Origin: Azolla caroliniana
Taxonomy: Eukaryota; Plantae; Polypodiophyta
DNA length: 64,000 nt
Assembly (NCBI GenBank): GCA_043228905.1
Contig: JBHGNT010000013.1
Span: 21,080,001-21,144,000 of the forward strand
Reading direction: 5' to 3'
How positions within the stretch are numbered: the stretch's first letter is position 1; the number at the start of each line of letters is the position of its first letter. Below the pieces are notes generated by a model. That model worked only from the letters and a program-made list of their open reading frames with translations. It searched no databases and was not told the origin of the DNA. Below, one piece after another: positions 1-9,450 of this stretch. The translations under genes were made by a program, and so were the position numbers.

Positions 1-4
1 GTGG

Positions 5-1084
5 ATGGTCAACATTGTAGCTATGCCGACCGGGATTGGACAAAAGAAATACTTGGTGTTAGCTCGAGAAGATCTCACAAACCAAGTTGAAGGTCGAGCG
101 CTTCGGAGGAAAACGTGTGCCGCGGTGTGCCAATTTCTTTTGGAAGAAGTGTTTTGTAGGTACGGCTGCGTAGGACAAGTGATTGCGGACCGGGGAGAAC
201 TCGACTCGGACAAAGCTAGGGGATTCTTCGCCAAACATGGAGTTCGGTTAACGTTGACAACGGCCTACAATCCGGAGGCCAACGGGAAGATCGAACGAGG
301 ACATAGTCCGATCGTGAAAGCACTTGCGAAGGCATGCGACGGAAGGGTGAAGGATTGGCCACAAATGCTTCCGTATGCACTATGGGCGGATCGGACGACG
401 CATAGCTCCGTGACCGGTTACATGCCGGCAGAACTCATGACCGGACAAGCACCAGTAATGCCAACGGAAACCGCAATCGCGACATGGACAATACTACTGT
501 GGAAGGAAGAGATGAGCCGGGAAGATCTACTAGCGGTCCGGATACGACAACTGGAGGGAAGACCGAAAGATGTAGCGGAAGCGTCACGCCGACAACAAGA
601 AGCACGATTCTGGAACAAAAGCCGGTTCGACACAAAGCACCGACTAAGACCGAGGAGGATTGAAGAAGGAGATTGGGTGATCGTATATGATAGTAGCTTG
701 GACCATCAACATACAACGATGCGGAAATTCGCGAAAAGGTGGTTCGGGCCGTACGAGGTTCGGAAGGTCTTCGACAACGGGACGTACCGACTGTCCGAGT
801 TGGATGGAACAATACTACGAGTGCCTATAGCCGGGAAGCGGGTGAAGATTTTCAAGAAGCGGACCGACGACAAACCTTATGTGATCCAAGTCGAGGCCGA
901 CAACGAGGAGCAATCCGACGAAGACCACAATGATGCGGGAAGCGAAGAAAGTGGATTACAACTCATAGTCGACATAAGGGGAGAATCGGAGGAAGCTTCG
1001 GATGAAGACGGATACGAAGAATCAAGAACTTCGGCACATACCGGAGGATGTGCGGGTTTGGAGGGGGCGAGTGTCGTAGTGTAG
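5..1084 (+). CDS. Gypsy integrase C-terminal part (DDE core, GPY motif, acidic tail); 5'-partial
   Basis: Motifs ADRGE, YNPEANGKIERGH and WFGPY; the stop codon lies inside the LTR. Confidence 0.9.
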   Translation: MVNIVAMPTGIGQKKYLVLAREDLTNQVEGRALRRKTCAAVCQFLLEEVFCRYGCVGQVIADRGELDSDKARGFFAKHGVRLTLTTAYNPEANGKIERGHSPIVKALAKACDGRVKDWPQMLPYALWADRTTHSSVTGYMPAELMTGQAPVMPTETAIATWTILLWKEEMSREDLLAVRIRQLEGRPKDVAEASRRQQEARFWNKSRFDTKHRLRPRRIEEGDWVIVYDSSLDHQHTTMRKFAKRWFGPYEVRKVFDNGTYRLSELDGTILRVPIAGKRVKIFKKRTDDKPYVIQVEADNEEQSDEDHNDAGSEESGLQLIVDIRGESEEASDEDGYEESRTSAHTGGCAGLEGASVVV

Positions 1085-1882
1085 GTTGCACACTATGTGG
1101 AAATTATATTTTTGTCCCTCCGGATAGAGAATGGAGTGCTCGGTGAGAACCGGAAGAAAACGGCATACCGGCAAGGAGGAAAACGGCATACCGGCAAGGA
1201 AGAAAACGGCATACCGGCAAGGAAGAGCCGGATAAAGAGACATAAATGTAAAATAAGGAAATACTCATTACTGCGCAGGGCGTGATTCGAACTCTGCACC
1301 TCCACGTTGACACACCCCAACCTTACCATTACATTAAATTATCTTAAGTGTTTTAAATATAGATTTAATATGTATAGGACCTTTATTTATGCATACCTTT
1401 ATTAAAAGGTAAATCGTGTATTTTTTTAATATATGAAAAAGAAAAAAAACACGAGACACTAAAAATAACTCATGCACATCTAGCGTGCATGAGCCCTATA
1501 CTTAGGAAATAAAAAAGCATCACATGCACATTTAGTGGACATGAACACTGTTTGTAAAAAAAAAAAAAGCATGAAGCCATGCTTAGCTCTTCTTTCCTTA
1601 TATAAGGAGGAGAGAAATATGTAAAGGGTTGTTGATTATTTGGATTAAGTATTAATCAATACAAAAATTATTCGTGGGATTCACGATTTATACATCTACT
1701 TCTCTCTTAACACCCTAAGTACCAATTAATATAGTATACTCGTGTGATTCACGAGTTTCTTATCTTTCTCTTTGCTATTTACTCATAATTAATCTCTATC
1801 TCACGAACTTCTTTCTCCTAGTCCAAGACCTCTGTGGTTCCCACCCGACTCACGCAACGATCCGGAGCTGAAAGGCACGACA
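1072..1882 (+). repeat. LTR of family A (3' LTR of A1); 3 x 23-bp U3 repeat at 1157-1225; TATA at about 1599
   Basis: TG...CA ends; similar to the reverse complement of 23247-24079. Confidence 0.9.
1275..1340 (-). promoter_or_regulatory. tRNA-like Pol III A-box/B-box module in the A1 LTR
   Basis: Minus strand reads TAATGTAATGGTAAG...GTGTCAA-CGTGG-AGGTG-CAGAG-TTCGAAT-C with tRNA-like spacing. Confidence 0.6.
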
Positions 1883-2367
1883 ACGCCGGATACCGGTGCC
1901 GCCGCCGGATGCCGACACCGGATACCGACGCCGCATGCCGCCGCCGGATTGCGGTCGGATGCCGTCGGATCACCGGCTCCATCGGCGGTCCGGTTTTGGT
2001 TGGCCAAAACCCTTTTCGAGTAGCTAGCCACCTCCACTCTAAGTTCAAGTTACCTTGAACTCTCTATGCTCCACACATAGACACAAAGATAATATCTTTT
2101 GCTCCACCTTATATATGATGAGAGCCGTATTTGTCGTGCCTATGTGGGATATCTCACAATTTTCTCTTTTCTTTTCACAAACTTTATACCCTCATATCTT
2201 GACATTTATTTGTCCATTTCTCGTGTAATAAAGTGCATTCGAAACCTCCATCATTTTGTACTTAGATATTAAAAATGTTATCTTCACAATTATTGTATTA
2301 CATGATTCATACTCGATTTTGTACGTTTTATGGGATTTTCACACTATTGCCGAAAATCTTCACGACA
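1883..2367 (-). repeat. Element B 3' LTR, remaining part
   Basis: Matches about 8714-9158 apart from an extra GC-rich repeat block and about 1 substitution. Confidence 0.9.
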
Positions 2368-2430
2368 TCCACCCCCACCAAACCGCACGTCCTCCAGTAC
2401 GTGCCAAGAAGAGAAGAAGTGAGATTTCGG

Positions 2431-5400
2431 CTACGATGATAAATTAGATTCCTCCATGTCTTCATTTTCATCCGGCCTATTATGTTCATCGTCGAGGTAA
2501 TCGAGGTCAGGATCCTTGTCTTGTCTTTTCTTGAAAAGCTTTACTCTTTTTCCCGCAATGGGTACGGCCATCCTTGATTCGTCTAGTTCCGCAAGGTGGT
2601 ATGTGGCATTATCGTTGGCACTTGTCACCACATACGGCCCGAACCATCTTCTTGCGAACTTCCTTGTCGTACTATGTTGATTGTCAAGGGTGCTGTCGTA
2701 AACCAAAACCCAATCCCCTTCTTCAATCTTCTTGGGACGAAGTCGATGCGTGTTGTCGAACCGAACTTTGTTCTTTACTCGGGCTGCCTTCATCATCTTT
2801 CGCGCTTTTTCTAAATCTTCAGGTCTTCTTTCAAGTTGCCTTATCCGCGCCGCTAATAACTCTTCACGGCTCATCTCGTTCTCCCACGGTATCGCTACCC
2901 ATGAGGCGATCGTCCTTTCGATGGGCATAATCGGCTTTTGTCCATACATAAGCTCCGTCGGCATATACCCTGTCACCGAGCTATGTGTCGTTCTATCGGC
3001 CCACAAGGCATAGGGTAATAGTCGTGGCCAATTCCCGACTCGACCGTTGCATGCCCGTACGATGGCTTTAACGATAGGTCCATGCCCTCGCTCGATCTTC
3101 CCATTTGCTTCCGGATTGTAGGCAGTCGTGAGGGAGAGCTTCACGCCTAGTCTTTCGAAGAGCTCCGTCGCTTCGTGCGCGTCCAACTCCCCTCGGTCGG
3201 CCACTATCTTCCCTACACATCCATATCGGCAAACAACATCTTCAAGTAAAAATTTACAAACGGCTGAAGTCGTCTTATTTGTCAAGGCTCGTCCTTCCAC
3301 TTGATTTGTCAAGTCTTCCCTTGCGAGCGCTAAGTACTTCATTTGTCCCACTCCCATTGGCATCGAGACCAGATCCACCATCCATTTGAAGTGAATGGTG
3401 AGTGGGTATGTCGGCTTTAACTCATCACGATGACGTATATTTGAATATATTTGGCAAGTTCCACATGTGGACACGAAATGGAGTACATCTTTGTACATGC
3501 TTGGCCACCAGTACTTCTCCTTCAATTTTTCGAACGTCGCCCATGTTCCTCTATGACCTGCCCAAGCACTCTCGTGGAATTCGGTCATCAGCGTCTCTTG
3601 CTCTTCTTTCTTTACCACCACTCGACGTGGTATTCCTATCCTTCTTTTTGGATGTCGCCAAAGGAATCCTCCCTTCAAGAAGTATCGATAAGCTTTCTTT
3701 CGGATTCGTAGGGCCTCCTCCTTTGTCAACGAAGCATCTGTCGTCAATGTTCTTAGGAATCTACCGATGAGTAACCACTCTCCTTCGTACTCATTCTCGT
3801 TGAAGGCGTGGAGGGTTTGCGTGTCCTGGTCTTCCGCCGACAATCGAGCCATCTTGAAGAAGTCGAGGGCGACATCTTCATCTTCCGAAACCATGTTACT
3901 TCCATTTGAAAATCTTGCCCTCGAGAGCATGTCAGCCATGGCGTTCTTCTTCCCTGCAATGTGACGGATCTCTGGGTTTAAAGACTTGATGTAGGCGATC
4001 CACCTTAGCATAGCAAGATCTGGGGTCGCACATCCCGAGACCATTCTGAGAATTGGGAGACAATCTGTCTCTATTATCACTTCTGACCCGATCAGGTAAT
4101 CTTTGTCCGTCTTCACTGCCGACAGAATACCCCAAAGTTCCCGCTTGACTTGGGCATATCTTTGTTGCCGTTCGCTGAGAACCTTTGCTCCGAACCGGAC
4201 GGCATATCGCGCATTATCTTCACCTTCTTGATTGATGACCCACCCGATTCCGGTTGGGCTCGTATCTACGGTCACGTAAATTGGTTTCCCTTCGGCATAG
4301 TCGGCCTTCCTTAGTGCTGGAGCTTCAAGAAGCAGTTTCTTTAATCTTCGCATCGCCTCTGTGTGCTCGTCTCGCCATTCGAACTTTATTCTTTTCTTTA
4401 GTAGTCCATATAACGGTTCGGCGACATGAGCGTAGTGAGGAATCCATATATGATAAAACGCGCACGCTCCAAGGAACCTTCGAACCTCCGTTTGGTTTTC
4501 GCATTCTTCTTTCATGTCTTGGATTGCGTTCACTTTGGATGGCGAGGGCTTCCGGCCGTATGCTCCACACAAGTGACCTACCACCAAGATCTCCGGTTGC
4601 CCGAATGCGGATTTTTCTCCCGAAAATGTCAAATTCGAATCATCGAGCCTTTGAAGCACCTTCTCGCAATCTTTCATATGATCCGCAACGAACTTTCTAC
4701 AACCTTCCTTATCTTTCGATTCATCTTTCTCCTCATCCGAACATCCTTTTATCGGAATATCATCCAAGAATGGCATCGTGATGTCCGGAATGCAATCCTT
4801 CAAGACTTTATTCATGGCATTCACCATATGAGCCACCGAGTTCGTTGCTCCTTGGGGTAAGGTACACATTCGCACAAGCCCGATCGGAGTCCTCATGGTT
4901 GTAATGTCCCGACTGTCGATCGCTAATTGGAATTGGTCATATCCGGAGTAGAGATCGCCAATAGAGTAGATGGACCGGCCCGCAAATGCTTCGGCAAATT
5001 CGTCCACGCTCGGACCGATTCCGGCATTTCGAATTGTCACCTTGTTGACGGGTTGAAGATCTTGGATGAATCGCAATGATCCATTCTTCTTCGGCACCGT
5101 GAACCACCTATTGGAATAAGGAGCATTCGACGGTTCTAGAATTCCCATACTCACCTTCTCCTTTAAGAGCTCGATCAGCTTCGGAAGGTGTGCTCTCGGA
5201 ACCGGTATCGGTTTCAAGTTCCAAGGCACATGAGGCACCGTGAAGATCACCATTGGCTCTATAATCTTTGGGTCGGCGCATCCGATTTCTCGTGGGAAGA
5301 ATGCGAAAGCCTTCCCATGTCTCTCAAGCATATCGCGAAACATTCGCTCCTCTTCAGGGAGAAGGAAATCCTCCTTTCCAACTCGTAGCTTCCCCTTCGT

Positions 5401-5859
5401 CTCTTTGGTGAAGTCATGACCTATCTTCTTCGGATCTCTTAAGCTTGGATCGTTAGCGACTTCCTTCATCTTTTGCCAGCTATCTTCCGGTACCGGAACC
5501 GCAACTGGCTTGATCTTCTTATCCACCGTTTTATATTTCGTGTTGATGTCAGCTTCCTTCATCGAGATGCCACGACGGTATTCATCGATGATAGCGTACA
5601 TGTTGACGGAGTTAACCGAAATCACGCGTTGGTTGTGAAGATAGCTCAAGTCCACGACGTCCTCGATTTCGCCGATGGTGTCGTTAAATGAGGCTTCTTC
5701 CATAATATGAGTCACGAACTCTCCTTCTTCTATTATGTTCTCTTCTTTCAGCATCTTCTCGAATTCTTGTATCCGGCGCTTGTGCTTCTTGTCGGGTAGT
5801 ACTAGTTTACATGCGCCACTAGGTGTGACACATGTTGCTTCTCTTTGCAATCCACACAT
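2431..5859 (-). CDS. Element B pol (RT-RNase H-integrase); the frame stays open up to the slippery site at 5928-5934
   Basis: Motifs DLYSGYDQ, LPQG, FLDD, TVDTS/ETDC, HHCC zinc finger and DDE core; uninterrupted 1142 aa. Confidence 0.95.
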   Translation of the reverse strand: MCGLQREATCVTPSGACKLVLPDKKHKRRIQEFEKMLKEENIIEEGEFVTHIMEEASFNDTIGEIEDVVDLSYLHNQRVISVNSVNMYAIIDEYRRGISMKEADINTKYKTVDKKIKPVAVPVPEDSWQKMKEVANDPSLRDPKKIGHDFTKETKGKLRVGKEDFLLPEEERMFRDMLERHGKAFAFFPREIGCADPKIIEPMVIFTVPHVPWNLKPIPVPRAHLPKLIELLKEKVSMGILEPSNAPYSNRWFTVPKKNGSLRFIQDLQPVNKVTIRNAGIGPSVDEFAEAFAGRSIYSIGDLYSGYDQFQLAIDSRDITTMRTPIGLVRMCTLPQGATNSVAHMVNAMNKVLKDCIPDITMPFLDDIPIKGCSDEEKDESKDKEGCRKFVADHMKDCEKVLQRLDDSNLTFSGEKSAFGQPEILVVGHLCGAYGRKPSPSKVNAIQDMKEECENQTEVRRFLGACAFYHIWIPHYAHVAEPLYGLLKKRIKFEWRDEHTEAMRRLKKLLLEAPALRKADYAEGKPIYVTVDTSPTGIGWVINQEGEDNARYAVRFGAKVLSERQQRYAQVKRELWGILSAVKTDKDYLIGSEVIIETDCLPILRMVSGCATPDLAMLRWIAYIKSLNPEIRHIAGKKNAMADMLSRARFSNGSNMVSEDEDVALDFFKMARLSAEDQDTQTLHAFNENEYEGEWLLIGRFLRTLTTDASLTKEEALRIRKKAYRYFLKGGFLWRHPKRRIGIPRRVVVKKEEQETLMTEFHESAWAGHRGTWATFEKLKEKYWWPSMYKDVLHFVSTCGTCQIYSNIRHRDELKPTYPLTIHFKWMVDLVSMPMGVGQMKYLALAREDLTNQVEGRALTNKTTSAVCKFLLEDVVCRYGCVGKIVADRGELDAHEATELFERLGVKLSLTTAYNPEANGKIERGHGPIVKAIVRACNGRVGNWPRLLPYALWADRTTHSSVTGYMPTELMYGQKPIMPIERTIASWVAIPWENEMSREELLAARIRQLERRPEDLEKARKMMKAARVKNKVRFDNTHRLRPKKIEEGDWVLVYDSTLDNQHSTTRKFARRWFGPYVVTSANDNATYHLAELDESRMAVPIAGKRVKLFKKRQDKDPDLDYLDDEHNRPDENEDMEESNLSS

Positions 5860-5924
5860 TCTTCTTTCTTGTGGGGTCTTGTGATTGCTCGGACTATTTG
5901 TGCCCCATGCTTCAATAGTCCACT

Positions 5925-8122
5925 CTAAAAATCCGAGGATTCGCCTCCGAGACTATCTCGATTCCTTTCATGATTGGCTCGCACTGTTAGGAATTGGACC
6001 GATCTTTGGTTGTCAAGACTCTTTATTCGTGCGAAGGCTGCTCCATTATCTAACACTTTGGTCTCCATCCGAGATGATGTGATATAAGGTTGCCCTAGGA
6101 TGACAGGATGCGACGCCGATTCTTGTACGAAGAAGTGTTGATCCATCTCCACATCCCCGATCGTGACTTTGACATTGGGACAAGCTCCGTACAAGTCCTC
6201 CGTAGACTTTGTTGCCGCGCGAATCTTCCATCCGTGGTTGGTATTGATTGGCCATCTTCCCTTTTTGTAGAAGTCGGTTGACATGAGGTTGATCTCCGAG
6301 CCGTGGTCGATCAAGGCTACGACAGTCTCTTTCTTCTCCCCGATCTTCACCGGCGTCTCCGTTGTTGCTCGTGCCCAATGAGGTCGAGTGTAGTGGCTGT
6401 CCACCATATCTTCATCAATTTCGTCTCTTGCCATCGTTATGGCATTCGTTTTTGCTTTTTGCGGCTTCTCTTCTTCCTCGTCCGATTGTTGTCTCTTTCT
6501 CTTTACAAGGTCCAGGATCGTGTCATGGAACTCCTTCTTCGTAATGCCAAGCAATTCCCTCAAGGACAAAGTTACGTGGCTATCAAGAACTCGTTCTTCG
6601 AGAATCTTCTTTAGGTCCGTCGTCTGCTCTATGTCCGACCTTAGCTTATAGGTAGGTATGGTCCTTGTCCTCCCAGTGGGGTCTTCGACACCAACCTTCA
6701 CGGGCCGAACCGTTTCTTCAACTCGTATGCTCGGCTCCCCTTTTCGGCTTGATTCTCGTTCCTCCGTTTGTAAAGGTCGACTCGTCTCCGCATCGTCCTT
6801 CTTTTTCGCGTTCCTTGTTTCATGTCTTTTTGATGGCCCTTGCTCTTCTATTCTCTTTCTCTTCTCTTCGACGAACACCTCGTGGTTGTCGCACATCACC
6901 TCCGCGAGTATGGTGTTGTCGTCCACCGGATCCGACCACCCGGTTATGTTTTGCACACTTCGGTCTGCCAGCTCTACCTCGTTCGATGTGACTTTTCCCT
7001 TCTTCTCATATTCGAGAACGGAAGTCCAAAACTTTGCTCCCGCTCTAGCAGCTTCAGTCTTGTCTTTCCCGACTCTTATTCCGGCCGACGCAGCATAGTG
7101 CATCGCATCCACATGAGTCGCATCGGCATCCTCCATAGATTTCTTCATTCCTCCTCTTCCGAAATTCACCCGTAGGGGTCTTTAGTCTCGCGTGAGCAGA
7201 TCATGTTGTCCTCTATGTATACGATATTTTGTCGAATCGCCTCTCGAAGGCTCGCACAATCCCTTCTCATGTGGTCCATGCTATCGCACCACACGCATCT
7301 AAAGGGTTCTTTTCCTTTAGGGCCCCGACGATTCATGTTGGCTAGCGTGACCTTCTCGAACTTCTTCACTAGCTCTTCAATGATGTCGTCATCAATCTTC
7401 TTTTCTTCCATGTTACTTTGTCTCGGCGGCTCAGCTACTTTCGACGGTCTTGCTTTCTCCGTGGTAGTCGGTCCCATCAAGTCGGTGTCATCAACCCATT
7501 GGCGACGCTTGTCGAGCCTATTGCATGCCCGCTTCACCGCGATCCAGTCCACTACGAACCCATTTGCTTGGGTATCATCTTCGAGAAGAGTTCCCAACTC
7601 CCGTCTATCCTTTATGTCCACGGCCTTCAAGAAGTACAAAGTCTTGTCCTCTTCAAGCAATACTTGGTCCGTATTGGGGAGACGACTAAACATCTGGTCG
7701 AATTCGTCGTACACCCTCGAGACGCTCATCTTCTTATTCTTCTTCTCTATCCACTTCATCAGGGCATGTCGAGTCATCCTCGTTGAGTCTTCTGTCACGA
7801 ACTCCGCTAGTATCGTTTTCTCGAACTCGGACCATGTTGTCTTTCCTTCTTGAAGCTCAATGATGCGTCTTTGGATGTTGTTGGCGACAACTCTCTTGAA
7901 GCTTGCGATTTGACGTGCCTCGGACACGTCCCTTTGATTCATCTCCCTCTTATATGCATCAAGGAACTTCGTAACGTTCCTTCCATCGAATTGGCCCTCG
8001 AGCTCTACGACACGATCAACAGCCTTCTCCACGCTCGCGTCGTTGTCCCGAGATCTCATCATTTGCTCGACGATTAGCATCATCCTTTCAAGCTCTCCTG
8101 CTTGGTTGCTTGAGGACGCCAT
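5925..8122 (-). pseudogene. Element B gag-protease, split by an apparent 1-bp deletion at about 7180
   Basis: Zn knuckle CVWCDSMDHMRRDC and protease LIDHGSE; the homologous F ORF reads continuously (ETRKPLRVNFG). Confidence 0.85.
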
Positions 8123-8163
8123 CTCCAAGTATTAATCTCGACTTGATCCTTCCTACCGCCTCT

Positions 8164-8181
8164 TTCACGTCGGGTTCACCA
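8164..8181 (-). promoter_or_regulatory. Primer binding site complementary to the tRNA-Trp 3' end (TGGTGAACCCGACGTGAA)
   Basis: Plus strand TTCACGTCGGGTTCACCA equals the plant tRNA-Trp 3' end as I recall it; the motif recurs at 22145-22162, 29088-29105 (1 mismatch) and 51259-51276. Confidence 0.8.
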
Positions 8182-8189
8182 CTTTATTA

Positions 8190-9158
8190 TGTCGTGAAGA
8201 TCCGTCACTACGCGCGGATCGTGAGGCGGAACCGCCGGGGTTCTGGACCAGAAGGATTTAGAGTCGATACAAGCTTTGGCGAGAAAGTACTTAAGATAGA
8301 TTGGGGAAGAGAGAAGATGAGATTACACGATCGATTTGATAACGAATTTCTTCCTCTTAATTTTCATAAAAAAAAAACATGTTTTTCTCCTCCCCCTTCC
8401 CTCTTTTATAGATGCTCTCATGCATATGATGCATGTGAGGGTACAAGACATGCATAAATTGCATGTTTGCCATTTGGCGCTTAAGTATTACATGTGGTGC
8501 ATGCTAACCATGTCACTCATTTTAGCACTCATGAATGAGAATTTACATGTAAAAGTATAATGATAGAAATATAATTTCAACTAAATACTATGGCTTAATT
8601 GTAAGCCATTTGACTCTTAACTTGGAGGTGCAAGGTTCGAATCCATACTTGCCCTCCTTGTATATGTAAATATGTATATATTTTTATATATTTATTTTAT
8701 CTAGTCGCCGGTTCGCCGGATACCGGTGCCGCCGCCGGATTGCGGTCGGATGCCGTCGGATCACCGGCTCCATCGGCGGTCCGGTTTTGGTTGGCCAAAA
8801 CCCTTTTCGAGTAGCTAGCCACCTCCACTCTAAGTTCAAGTTACCTTGAACTCTCTATGCTCCAAACATAGACACAAAGATAATATCTTTTGCTCCACCT
8901 TATATATGATGAGAGCCGTATTTGTCGTGCCTATGTGGGATATCTCACAATTTTCTCTTTTCTTTTCACAAACTTTATACCCTCATATCTTGACATTTAT
9001 TTGTCCATTTCTCGTGTAATAAAGTGCATTCGAAACCTCCATCATTTTGTACTTAGATATTAAAAATGTTATCTTCACAATTATTGTATTACATGATTCA
9101 TACTCGATTTTGTACGTTTTATGGGATTTTCACACTATTGCCGAAAATCTTCACGACA
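8190..9158 (-). repeat. Element B 5' LTR (969 bp) with 12-bp terminal inverted repeats TGTCGTGAAGAT
   Basis: Adjacent to the PBS and duplicated at 1883-2367. Confidence 0.95.
8588..8656 (+). promoter_or_regulatory. tRNA-like Pol III module in the B LTR (A box 8591-8601, perfect B box 8634-8644)
   Basis: TGGCTTAATTGTAAGCC (D-arm stem), CTCTTAA loop, AGGTG, GGTTCGAATCC. Confidence 0.7.
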
Positions 9159-9450
9159 GCGCGCCCCCCCCGTTTTCTCTTGTCCTCTTCCCTTTATTCC
9201 TTGTCCCCTCTGACAAGGATACGCACAATCCCCCTGATAAACGTGTGCCTCCTTGTATTTTTCACCTACCGATCCATTTATGAATCAGGTACAAAACATC
9301 AAGTCACGCGTCCATCCGTGTAAGAGCTGGTTCATGTGCTTTCTTCTCCGATTCCGCCTATGGCCGGTTTTCTTCACGACATCCACCCCCACCATACTGC
9401 GCATCCACCGGCATGCGCTAGAGACGGGTAGATACCGAAGAAAACCGGCC

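Larger units (their letters stand above)
1..1882 (+). mobile_element. Ty3/Gypsy element A1, 3' part (integrase end, PPT, 3' LTR), inserted in the 3' LTR of element B
   Basis: Integrase ORF, then PPT GGAGGGGGCGAG (1060-1071), then an LTR TGTCGTAG...GGCACGACA homologous to the A2 LTRs; B-LTR sequence resumes at 1883. Confidence 0.9.
1883..9158 (-). mobile_element. Ty3/Gypsy element B, young and nearly intact; its 3' LTR is interrupted by A1; inserted in the 3' LTR of C
   Basis: LTR copies 1883-2367 (partial) and 8190-9158 are near-identical; PPT at 2368-2381; PBS at 8164-8181; gag-PR and RT-RH-IN ORFs. Confidence 0.95.

Noticed and set aside
7166-7190. A second programmed frameshift inside B gag
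   Set aside because: F reads through this point in one frame, so it is best explained as a copy-specific 1-bp deletion or a sequencing error
6658-7853. Long antisense ORFs over gag/pol (also 19492-20193, 21285-21950, 26786-27439 and 38860-39655)
   Set aside because: Shadow ORFs of GC-rich coding strands with no motifs; their recurrence reflects related element copies
8588-8656. Functional tRNA-Lys gene
   Set aside because: The acceptor, anticodon and T stems do not pair properly and the anticodon varies between copies; reported as a tRNA-like module instead
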